In this document: positions 48,272-56,131 of the stretch, one piece after another
Position numbering within the stretch: position 1 is the stretch's first letter
How the letters are laid out: the number at the start of each line of letters is the position of its first letter
Source of the DNA: an uncultured Mycoplasmatota bacterium
GTDB lineage: Bacteria; Bacillota_I; Bacilli_A; RF39; UBA660
Direction: 5' to 3'
Length of the DNA stretch: 64,000 nucleotides
NCBI GenBank assembly: GCA_900543675.1
Contig: UQRY01000002.1
Span: 17,750 to 81,749, forward strand
Translations under genes and position numbers: made by a program
The notes under the pieces: model-generated
Databases searched by the model: none
Seen by the model: the letters and a program-made list of their open reading frames with translations, nothing else
Told to the model about the DNA's origin: nothing

Positions 48272-49147
48272 ATGGAAAAAGCAAAAGTATATTTTACAAG
48301 TGAAGTATCACCAGAAAGTGTTGTAAAAATCTATGAAGCATTAGGAGTAGAATTACCTGGTAAGGTAGCTGTTAAATTACATTCCGGAGAACAGGGCAAT
48401 CGAAATTATTTACGTCCTGAATTTGTTCAAAAAATGGTGGAAAGAGTAAATGGAACGGTTGTAGAGTGTAATACGGCTTATGAAGGAGCTAGAAATACAA
48501 CAGAGAAGCATAAGAAATTGATGGAAGAACATGAGTGGTCAAAATATTTCAATGTCGATATCATGGATGAAGAAGGACCAGATATGGAATTAGAAATCCC
48601 AAATGGTATTCAAATTAAGAAAAACTATGTTGGTAAACATATGGCTAATTATGATTCAATGTTGGTATTATCCCATTTTAAAGGTCATGCGATGGGAGGC
48701 TTTGGTGGAGCTTTAAAACAATTATCGATCGGTTGTGCATCTTCTTATGGAAAAGCATATATTCATGGCGCAGGGGAAGCTAAAGAAAATATATTTGGGA
48801 CTGATCAAGTAAAATTTGTTACATCGATGGGAGATGCTGCAAGTAGTGTTCACAAATATTTTAATGGTAATATTGCCTACATTAATGCGATGGTAAATAT
48901 TTCTATTGATTGTGATTGTGATGGAAATGCTTCTGCCCCTTGTATGAAGAATATTGGAATTTTAGCAAGCACTGATCCAGTTGCGATTGATCAAGCATGT
49001 ATTGATATTGTCTATAATAGTACTGATCCGGGTAAGGATAAACTAATTCATAGAATCGAAGAGAAAAAAGGATTATATATCATCGATACAGCTGAAAAGT
49101 TAAAGACTGGTACTAAAGAATACGAATTAATTAATATTGACAAATAA
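48272..49147 (+). CDS. DUF362-family protein (uncharacterised Fe-S-centre protein family)
   Basis: VAVKLHSGEQGN, ECNTAY, LSHFKGHAMGGFGGALKQLSIG and a C-terminal Cys cluster DCDCDG...C. ATG at 48272 sits 6 nt after SD AAGGAGAG. Confidence 0.7.
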   Translation: MEKAKVYFTSEVSPESVVKIYEALGVELPGKVAVKLHSGEQGNRNYLRPEFVQKMVERVNGTVVECNTAYEGARNTTEKHKKLMEEHEWSKYFNVDIMDEEGPDMELEIPNGIQIKKNYVGKHMANYDSMLVLSHFKGHAMGGFGGALKQLSIGCASSYGKAYIHGAGEAKENIFGTDQVKFVTSMGDAASSVHKYFNGNIAYINAMVNISIDCDCDGNASAPCMKNIGILASTDPVAIDQACIDIVYNSTDPGKDKLIHRIEEKKGLYIIDTAEKLKTGTKEYELINIDK

Positions 49148-49154
49148 AATAACA

Positions 49155-49185
49155 AAAAGAGAAAGCCTAAGAAACTTTCTCTTTT
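49155..49185 (+). terminator. Rho-independent terminator
   Basis: 11-bp stem AAAAGAGAAAG / CTTTCTCTTTT. Confidence 0.75.
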
Positions 49186-49240
49186 CCTATACAAACCAAA
49201 TTGTCTTAATATTCATATTTTATATTAGGTGATAAACAAT

Positions 49241-49888
49241 ATGAAAAAATTCTATCCGAGTAACTGTTTTATACTAGGACCAACTGGGCCGACAGGGCCT
49301 ACTGGGCCTAGTAATGGCATTATTGGTCCCACCGGTCCAATGGGAATGACGGGTCCAACAGGTCCCACCGGTCCAATGGGAATGACGGGTCCAACAGGTC
49401 CCACCGGTCCAACGGGAATGACGGGTCCAACAGGCCCCACCGGGCCAATCGGAATGACGGGTTCAACGGGCCCAACGGGTCCAGAAATAAATAATAATTA
49501 TGCTTTATTCCAAAATCAAGATACAGATATTACTTCTGGGACATTGATTCCCCTTTCTACGCAGTTTAGTGGCGGAAGTCCAACGATTACAGTAAGTGGC
49601 TCAACCATTACTTTACCTAGTCCAGGCACATATTACGTTTCCTTTAGTTTAACAGGCAGATTAGGCACTACTCAAAATGGAACCATAATTCCAATTATTG
49701 GTGGCGCAATCCAAGATCGTTATACTACCATCAATAATACCAATACTACTAATCCTGATATCACAATAGAAGATGGAGTTTTAGTTCAAGCACCTAGTAC
49801 TACTACTATCCAATTCTTCTACAGCGGAAGTACAGATATGTCTAGGGCTAACTTCTTTGTTTCTGTATTTAAAGTTTCCAACCAATAA
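49241..49888 (+). CDS. Collagen-like (G-X-Y) repeat protein with BclA-like globular C-terminal domain
   Basis: 23 G-X-Y triplets (GPT/GPM/GMT) with one register break, then a ~135 aa Thr/Ser/Gly-rich beta-type domain. ATG at 49241 after SD AGGTGA. Confidence 0.85.
   Translation: MKKFYPSNCFILGPTGPTGPTGPSNGIIGPTGPMGMTGPTGPTGPMGMTGPTGPTGPTGMTGPTGPTGPIGMTGSTGPTGPEINNNYALFQNQDTDITSGTLIPLSTQFSGGSPTITVSGSTITLPSPGTYYVSFSLTGRLGTTQNGTIIPIIGGAIQDRYTTINNTNTTNPDITIEDGVLVQAPSTTTIQFFYSGSTDMSRANFFVSVFKVSNQ
49277..49483 (+). repeat. Tandem 9/36-bp coding repeats ([12 protein letters not shown] units)
   Basis: Near-identical units ggtccaacaggtcccaccggtccaatgggaatgacg repeated. Locally GC-rich compared with its surroundings. 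Confidence 0.9.
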
Positions 49889-49963
49889 AGTATATTCTAT
49901 TAAGCATGTACAAACAAAATAATATTTGCTAAAATAATGATAATAATGTAGGAGGCAAAGGTA

Positions 49964-50173
49964 ATGAAAAGAATTGAATTTATAACTATACAATCTAAAG
50001 TAAATGGTTATGGTTTGGGTAAAGGGGTAAAATATATTTTTGAAAATTATCGAGATATCATCAAAGAAAAACTAGAACAGGGTTATGAGTATAAAGGATT
50101 TCTTCCTGTTGAAATAAGGGGAACAGGAGAAATAGAAAAAATAGATTTAATTTTTGAGAGTGTAGAAAGATAA
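49964..50173 (+). CDS. Small DUF4177-like protein, tentative
   Basis: 69 aa. QGYEYKGFLPVEIRGTGEIEKIDLIFE resembles the DUF4177 C-terminal pattern. SD GGAGG. Confidence 0.45.
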   Translation: MKRIEFITIQSKVNGYGLGKGVKYIFENYRDIIKEKLEQGYEYKGFLPVEIRGTGEIEKIDLIFESVER

Positions 50174-50198
50174 CAACTAAATAACAAGGAGTAATTGT

Positions 50199-51065
50199 AT
50201 GAAAATTAAATTTATATCTAAAAAACACATTTTTTCGTTAATTAGTAACTTCGTTTTGGTTTTTTCTTTACTTTCGTTTTTATTAATAATCAGGAGAGAA
50301 ACGCCAAGTGTAATTTCTGCCAGCGATTTTACCCAATACATGAAAGAACAAGGCTGTGATATTATTGATGTTCAAGAACAAGCTAACTATCCTGGAGTAG
50401 ATACTTATTTAAACGTTTCCCAGTCGTGTCCATATTTAGCTAGTTATCTTGTTTTTCATGATGAAGCACAACAAGAGATGTTCTTCTCCACTTTAAAGAA
50501 AGAAGTATTATCTGCACCCAGCTTTCAATTTTTCACATACACAGAAATTCGTTTTCCTAGTTATCAAGAGTATTCAATAACAAGTAACCAATACAAAATG
50601 ATAACCCAAAATCAAAATTCCATTTTATTTGCTTTCGGTGATATCGAGGATAAGACTACTATTTTATCATTATTTCAACAATTCAATTATCATTATACCG
50701 GTAATATTTTCTATTTACTGGGAATTTTTATCCTCACTTTTCTTTTGATTTTTCTAGTTAGCTTTTGGAAAATCGAAAAGAAAATAAGAGATAAAGGCTG
50801 GATTGTTCTAATTCCATTTTATAATATTGGGTGCTTAACTAAAGACATATTCGGTTCAACTTGGCATGTACTTTTCCTATTTATTCCAATCATAAATATA
50901 TTCTTTATTTTAACTTTTCTCTATAAACTAGGAAAGGTGTTTAATAAGAGTAGTTATTATTGTATTGGACTTATGCTCTTACCAACAATTTTCTTACCAT
51001 TACTTGCTTTTGATGATTCAAAGTACAATATAGATAGAGGTCAAAATGAAACCAAATACAATTGA
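50199..51065 (+). CDS. Membrane protein with C-terminal DUF5684-like module
   Basis: N-terminal TM, ~150 aa extracytoplasmic region, then GWIVLIPFYNIG...LFLFIPIINIF...LLPTIFLPLLAF. Confidence 0.6.
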   Translation: MKIKFISKKHIFSLISNFVLVFSLLSFLLIIRRETPSVISASDFTQYMKEQGCDIIDVQEQANYPGVDTYLNVSQSCPYLASYLVFHDEAQQEMFFSTLKKEVLSAPSFQFFTYTEIRFPSYQEYSITSNQYKMITQNQNSILFAFGDIEDKTTILSLFQQFNYHYTGNIFYLLGIFILTFLLIFLVSFWKIEKKIRDKGWIVLIPFYNIGCLTKDIFGSTWHVLFLFIPIINIFFILTFLYKLGKVFNKSSYYCIGLMLLPTIFLPLLAFDDSKYNIDRGQNETKYN

Positions 51066-51163
51066 TGAATATATCGCATTAGCTAAAGCGGACATTTATT
51101 GACAGTAATCATATTTTTCATTCTTTTATATATTGGTTACCAAGTAAACTGGTATTATATTGT

Positions 51164-51568
51164 ATGGGGAGATATCTTGTATTGTTAAGAACTATTGAGA
51201 GAATATATGTATATTTTAGCTTGAAAAAAATAAAAAAATATCTGATAGAAAATTGTTTGTTAGATAAATTAGGTAGTATTGACTTTTGGAATGAACATCA
51301 TTATTTTTTAACCGCTAATTACATGATTATTATTAAAAAGGAAATCGTCTATGCCTTTCCTTATTCAGAAATAGAAAAAATAGATAAGAAAAGTAATGTT
51401 CATTTACATGGTTCGAATAGTAGAGTAGAAGAATATTTATATATAACAACAAAGATCAATGAATTTAAAGTATTAATATCAACAACATTATTAGTGGGGG
51501 AAGAGTATAGAGATATTAGTGATTATCTTTTAAATAAGAACCCTAATATCAAAGTAAATTCTATTTAG
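51164..51568 (+). CDS. Hypothetical protein
   Basis: 134 aa ORF with no motif and no convincing SD. The upstream in-frame reading MNISH is closed by TAG at 51077-51079 and TAA at 51107-51109, so it may be a damaged gene. Confidence 0.35.
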   Translation: MGRYLVLLRTIERIYVYFSLKKIKKYLIENCLLDKLGSIDFWNEHHYFLTANYMIIIKKEIVYAFPYSEIEKIDKKSNVHLHGSNSRVEEYLYITTKINEFKVLISTTLLVGEEYRDISDYLLNKNPNIKVNSI

Positions 51569-51716
51569 AAAACAAGATATGAGTTAAACAATAATGAGAA
51601 AATAACGCTAGTGATTATTGGATTAGTTCTAGTTTTTGCATCTTCTTTCTTTTCCTTCATATAAAGGGAGAAAAAACTCGATATCAAATAATAATTTAGA
51701 AAGGATGGAAGAAAAA

Positions 51717-52082
51717 ATGAATAAAGAAAAATTAACACTTTATTTAATGATTGGAGAAATAAAATTTAGTGCTACTTTAGAAAATAACGAAACGACAAAA
51801 GAATTACTCCAACGCTTACCTTTAGAAATAGAAATGAAAGAATTAAATGGTAATGAAAAATATTATTATTTTGATGAGCACTTACCTAGGAATGCCTCTT
51901 TAGTAAATAAAATTAATGTAGGCGATATCATGCTATTTGGTGATAATTGCCTAGTCATTTTCTATCAGTCTTTTGTAACTTCTTATTCTTATACAAAACT
52001 TGGAAAAATAGATAATCCCGATTCATTAGCAGAAGTCCTAGGCTCTGGTAATATTAAAGTAAAAATAATGAAAGGAAACTGA
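51717..52082 (+). CDS. Cyclophilin-like-fold protein (Cyclophil_like type)
   Basis: IKFSATLENNETTKELLQRLPLEIEMKELNGNEKYYY...VGDIMLFGDNCLVIFY...LGKI. ATG at 51717 after SD AAAGGATGG. Confidence 0.7.
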   Translation: MNKEKLTLYLMIGEIKFSATLENNETTKELLQRLPLEIEMKELNGNEKYYYFDEHLPRNASLVNKINVGDIMLFGDNCLVIFYQSFVTSYSYTKLGKIDNPDSLAEVLGSGNIKVKIMKGN

Positions 52083-52094
52083 AAGAAAGGAACA

Positions 52095-52688
52095 ATGAAC
52101 AAAAATAGAATTAGATATTGTCAACGGGATTTTCATTTGGCAGAAATAGAAGAACAACAATTAGACTGGAACTTAGAAAAATATGGTTGTGGTCCAACTT
52201 CAATTGCGAATATTTTAATCAATTATGGCTATTCCTTTAATCCTGTAGATATTGCCAAGAAAATACTATTTGATCGAGAAGGAAAGTTTGATCCTACTTA
52301 TCTAAGAAATAAAGGAATCCATCCCGAAGGATTAATTTATTGCTTAAAGCGGTTAATCATAGAAGATAAACTAAATATTTCTTACTGGATTATCCATATC
52401 GATTTCTCGCATCCTGACAAACAAAAGAATCAAATAATCAAATGGGTAAAAGAAGGGAATATGGCAATTATCCATGTCGGCCCTTCGGAAGGAAGTCCAC
52501 TAACTTTTTCCCAACATGGTCATTACTTAGTGGTTAGTGATGTCGATGACGAAGAAAATTTATATGTCATTAATTCTAATGAGATAGGGGATAATCAATT
52601 GGGTGTTCCTTTTAGATTCTCCTTGGTAATCGATAATATGCTAGGAAGAAAAGACTCCTTTCAATTTCTATTCATAAAAAATAACTAA
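52095..52688 (+). CDS. Peptidase_C39-like (papain-fold) cysteine peptidase domain protein
   Basis: YCQRD (oxyanion Gln), YGCGPTSIANIL (nucleophile Cys), HGHYLVVSDVD (His), VINSNE. No signal peptide. 12 nt after the previous gene. Confidence 0.7.
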   Translation: MNKNRIRYCQRDFHLAEIEEQQLDWNLEKYGCGPTSIANILINYGYSFNPVDIAKKILFDREGKFDPTYLRNKGIHPEGLIYCLKRLIIEDKLNISYWIIHIDFSHPDKQKNQIIKWVKEGNMAIIHVGPSEGSPLTFSQHGHYLVVSDVDDEENLYVINSNEIGDNQLGVPFRFSLVIDNMLGRKDSFQFLFIKNN

Positions 52689-52763
52689 AAAGTGAATATT
52701 TTTGCCAAGTGTTATAAAGTATTATATAATAAGTGACATGTCAAAAAAGAAAGAAGTGTCACG

Positions 52764-54242
52764 ATGAAGAAAAATAATGAGGAAAAGTTTGAAAAGCAAT
52801 TAGAAGAAATTTTTACTAAAGGGAATCAGTATTACTCTGATCAAGAAATTATCGAAAGAACGGAAGTAGCCACTAAATATTTAGATAAACGAAGAGAGTA
52901 TGAATTAAAAAGAAAGATAAAAATATTTTGCGCTTTAACACTTAAAGATTTTAACTTAAAAATTAAGTGGATAAGAGAATCTTTTTTTAAAACGAAAAAC
53001 AATACCTTAGTTTATGATTGGCTATCCTTAACTACTATATTAAAAGCTTCCTCTTTAGAAATACAGGAAATCCTACTAAATAGCCTTCTGTTCAATCATG
53101 TCTTTGAAAGAAAACAGGAATCTCTTCCAATCTCTAACTTTCCTCGTTATGGAGTGGAACTAGAATATTGTTCTTTACAATTTGAAATGATCAGGACATT
53201 AGCTACTACCGATCAATTACTAGCCAAGATGATGTATGCTATGAAAATACCTGAAGAATTAGTTAGTCAAATTACTAATTGCTTAGTCTTCGAGAAAAAG
53301 AACGTTACAACAAAATGGAACCTATCTAAAGAATGTGGCAATGATTGGACTCCTGAAATATCTTCACCCATTATGACAAATTCCTTAAATGACTTAAATC
53401 AATTAAAAGCAGTTTGCATGTTGTTTAAAGAACTAGGCGCTATGACGGATGAAGCAACAGGACTACATATTAATATCGATGCTAATTATTTTGAGGGTAA
53501 TATTACGGCGTTAAAAAACTTGTTAATCATTTGGGGAGAATGTGAAGAACTATTCTACAAGCTAGCAAGTGGGGATCATAAAAGAATCAGAACTGTGGCC
53601 AAACGTTTTTGTTCTCCAATTAAAGATAATATTCAAAAAACATTCCAAGAAAATCCTACGTTAAAATTAGAAACGAAAGAAGATTTTTATTCTTTTATTT
53701 ATACTATTCAAGTGCGAAATCGCCTAGAAACGGTATTACGATTAAAGGGAGTAAATTTAAAAGCTTATGATGATATAGAAACACTTACTGAGTTAGAAAA
53801 ATATAATCTATTTAAGAAGTCCTTTTCTAAAACAGACTTTTATCATTACGGAGTACGCTATACGAGCCTTAATTTTAGTCAGATGAAATGGTATAAAAAA
53901 GATAAAGGTAGAATTGAGTTTCGGATATTTGATAATAGCTTATCTTATCAAGTGGTTATTGAAAACTTATTATTGATTGCGAGGCTTTGTGAAGTTAGTT
54001 TGAATCTTACAAAATCAAATCAAAGACAAAGTCAATTTTTCTTACTCCAAGAACATGAAGTAAGTGAAGAGGAGAAATTAAACCGACTACTAGATTTATT
54101 ATTTGATGAAAAACAGATAAAAGAAGTCTTTAAACAACGGTGGCAGAGAGTAAAAGACGACTCTTTCTACCAACAATTTACAGGTGAAATAGCTACTTTC
54201 TCTCATCGTGAATCATCCCATTACTTATCGAAACACTTATAA
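52764..54242 (+). CDS. Amidoligase_2-family (GS/GCS-fold COOH-NH2 ligase) protein with ~115 aa N-terminal extension
   Basis: Ordered family motifs GVELEY, TPEISSPIM, TGLHINID, YTSLNF, GRIEFRIFDNSL. Confidence 0.75.
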   Translation: MKKNNEEKFEKQLEEIFTKGNQYYSDQEIIERTEVATKYLDKRREYELKRKIKIFCALTLKDFNLKIKWIRESFFKTKNNTLVYDWLSLTTILKASSLEIQEILLNSLLFNHVFERKQESLPISNFPRYGVELEYCSLQFEMIRTLATTDQLLAKMMYAMKIPEELVSQITNCLVFEKKNVTTKWNLSKECGNDWTPEISSPIMTNSLNDLNQLKAVCMLFKELGAMTDEATGLHINIDANYFEGNITALKNLLIIWGECEELFYKLASGDHKRIRTVAKRFCSPIKDNIQKTFQENPTLKLETKEDFYSFIYTIQVRNRLETVLRLKGVNLKAYDDIETLTELEKYNLFKKSFSKTDFYHYGVRYTSLNFSQMKWYKKDKGRIEFRIFDNSLSYQVVIENLLLIARLCEVSLNLTKSNQRQSQFFLLQEHEVSEEEKLNRLLDLLFDEKQIKEVFKQRWQRVKDDSFYQQFTGEIATFSHRESSHYLSKHL

Positions 54243-54287
54243 AGTTTCCTATGAATAATTCAAAAAAGACAGAGCTTCTTTAAGTAT

Positions 54288-55361
54288 CTATCTTTTTTTT
54301 GCCAATGATTTATATAAAGGGCTACCTAATTGATCTTTATCCATATTCTGCATATGTCCTTGATAATGGATAGTATCTTCTCCTTCAGGAGTTAAATAAT
54401 AAACTTGACAGCATTTAATGTCTTTAGTTAGTAAAATTGGTTTTACTGCCCGTATTCCCATATGCCAATATCCTTGATAACCAATAGAACCCATGCCTGC
54501 TGAACAGTGTACATGAAGACCAATTCTCCCTAATGAACTTCTACCACTTACCATCGGAATTAAATGATAAGTTTCTGTCCATTCATTCGTTCTTCCTAAA
54601 TAGATTTCATCGGGATAAAGCCATATTCCTTTATCTCCAATTGGAATTTTTTCAATAGTATTTTCTTTTTTCATATCTAAGATAGGATCAGTATAAATTC
54701 CAACGGTATCATGTAAAGTCAAGTTGACGGAATTAGGATTAATTAAAATTTTATCCTGAGGGCTAATGAAAATATCTGGATCACTTTTTTGCATTCTATT
54801 CTTGATTTCTTCGCCACTTAACATTCCCGATGAATAGATACCACAAGATTTTTCTTCATCAATCTTTCTTGTTTCATTAGATTTTTCTAAGCTAGGGAAA
54901 AAGGTTAAATTCGCAATCTTGATATCCGGATAAATAATGGTTGGTTTGGTTGCGATAATGCTTAAAAATAAGTGTCCATCAAAATTATCAGTTTTATAGC
55001 CATTTGTTAACTCGATACTAACCCCTAAAAGAGATAGTGTTGCTTTCCCATTCATCACAGGAACAAAACCATGAGTGGTTACTTTTTCTATCGTTTTGGC
55101 TAAATATACTTTATGAGGTTGTAAGAGTAATCCTTCTTCTGGAATTACTACTTTTCTTAAATTGACTGGCTGATCGTTTAATACTTCATGTAGATAATTA
55201 CGACTATTTTTGGTATCGATAATATCATAGTCAAAGACATATAAAGTATTTCCTAATCTTAAATCACAACTATTTGGTTTATTTAAAGCATCTCCTTGTA
55301 AGTTTTCAATTACAATATTGCCTAATTCCATCTGTCTTTTTATCTCTTTACTTGTTAACAT
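54288..55361 (-). CDS. Tandem double dCTP-deaminase/dUTPase-fold protein (both domains catalytically incomplete)
   Basis: The N-domain has NGKATLSLLGVSIEL...LFLSI, with the RSS motif, Arg and Glu all replaced. The C-domain has SGRSSLGRIGLHVHCSAG...WHMGI, with RSS and Arg kept and the catalytic Glu position Gly. Confidence 0.75.
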   Translation of the reverse strand: MLTSKEIKRQMELGNIVIENLQGDALNKPNSCDLRLGNTLYVFDYDIIDTKNSRNYLHEVLNDQPVNLRKVVIPEEGLLLQPHKVYLAKTIEKVTTHGFVPVMNGKATLSLLGVSIELTNGYKTDNFDGHLFLSIIATKPTIIYPDIKIANLTFFPSLEKSNETRKIDEEKSCGIYSSGMLSGEEIKNRMQKSDPDIFISPQDKILINPNSVNLTLHDTVGIYTDPILDMKKENTIEKIPIGDKGIWLYPDEIYLGRTNEWTETYHLIPMVSGRSSLGRIGLHVHCSAGMGSIGYQGYWHMGIRAVKPILLTKDIKCCQVYYLTPEGEDTIHYQGHMQNMDKDQLGSPLYKSLAKKR

Positions 55362-55902
55362 CTGACTTCACCAATACTTTCTGTTTCTGTTCATACTCGG
55401 TATAGAGCCTAGAAGCTGTTGGCTCCACTTGCCCAAAATATTTTCCACGATATTTATTCTTATCATCACCAATTAATGGATAATAATAAACTCGCCCAAT
55501 TGGCATATTTTTATATACTCTAGTTGGATTATTACAGACAATCTCTAATGTCCAAGTGCCTTCGAATCCATTATCTCCAAACCCAGCAGTGACATGAATT
55601 TCCATACCTACTGCAGCTAACTCTTCTGTTCCCGCTAAAAGAGGAACAAATCCATATGTCTTGGTAAACTCTAAAGTTCTACCAATATAAAGTTCATTTG
55701 GCTTTAAGATTAACCCTTCATCAGGAATTATAATTTCTTTGGTAGGTGTAGAATTAGTAATACTTAAAAATGGTGCATCATAGACTTTGACAGAGTCACC
55801 AAGTGTTACTTCAATAAAATTCTCTTCTAAATGATCATTACTATTATCTACATATATACTTTTTCTAGTTATTTCTTCTTTAATTGCTTCTTTACTTAAC
55901 AT
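55348..55902 (-). CDS. Single-domain dCTP-deaminase-fold protein (Glu retained, Ser/Arg motif lost)
   Basis: AGTEELAAVGMEIHVTAGFGDNGFEGTWTLEI aligns with Dcd [32 protein letters not shown]. ATG at 55902 after SD GGAGGAGG. Its 3' end overlaps the next gene by 14 nt. Confidence 0.75.
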   Translation of the reverse strand: MLSKEAIKEEITRKSIYVDNSNDHLEENFIEVTLGDSVKVYDAPFLSITNSTPTKEIIIPDEGLILKPNELYIGRTLEFTKTYGFVPLLAGTEELAAVGMEIHVTAGFGDNGFEGTWTLEIVCNNPTRVYKNMPIGRVYYYPLIGDDKNKYRGKYFGQVEPTASRLYTEYEQKQKVLVKSDVNK

Positions 55903-56131
55903 ATAAACCTCCTCCAAAAATTTTAACAAAGATCATATCAAATAACAATCGAAATTAAGAAAATTATTTAACAATATGAGTATTAAAGGTTACTGCTCAG
56001 CCATAAATAGAAAATTTTATATCCCAAAAGTAAAAAAATATGACTTTCTAAGTTTTTACAAATGTTTTTTTGTAAGAGCTAAAGACTTTTTGTTAGGAAT
56101 TTGATACAATCCTTTTTAGGGGGGAGAAATT

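Noticed and set aside
49252-49440. Minus-strand ORF translating to PVGPVGPV repeats.
   Set aside because: It is the mirror frame of the collagen-like G-X-Y repeats. The plus-strand gene has the SD, a start codon and a C-terminal globular domain.
49781-49993. 70 aa minus-strand ORF spanning the end of the collagen-like gene.
   Set aside because: It overlaps supported coding sequence and intergenic DNA, with no SD and low-complexity sequence.
54288-55902. Simple annotation as housekeeping dcd (dCTP deaminase).
   Set aside because: None of the three domains retains the full Ser/Arg/Glu set when aligned by eye to E. coli Dcd, and the gene is duplicated or fused. I kept them as dCTP-deaminase-fold proteins and raised the arrangement as a finding instead.
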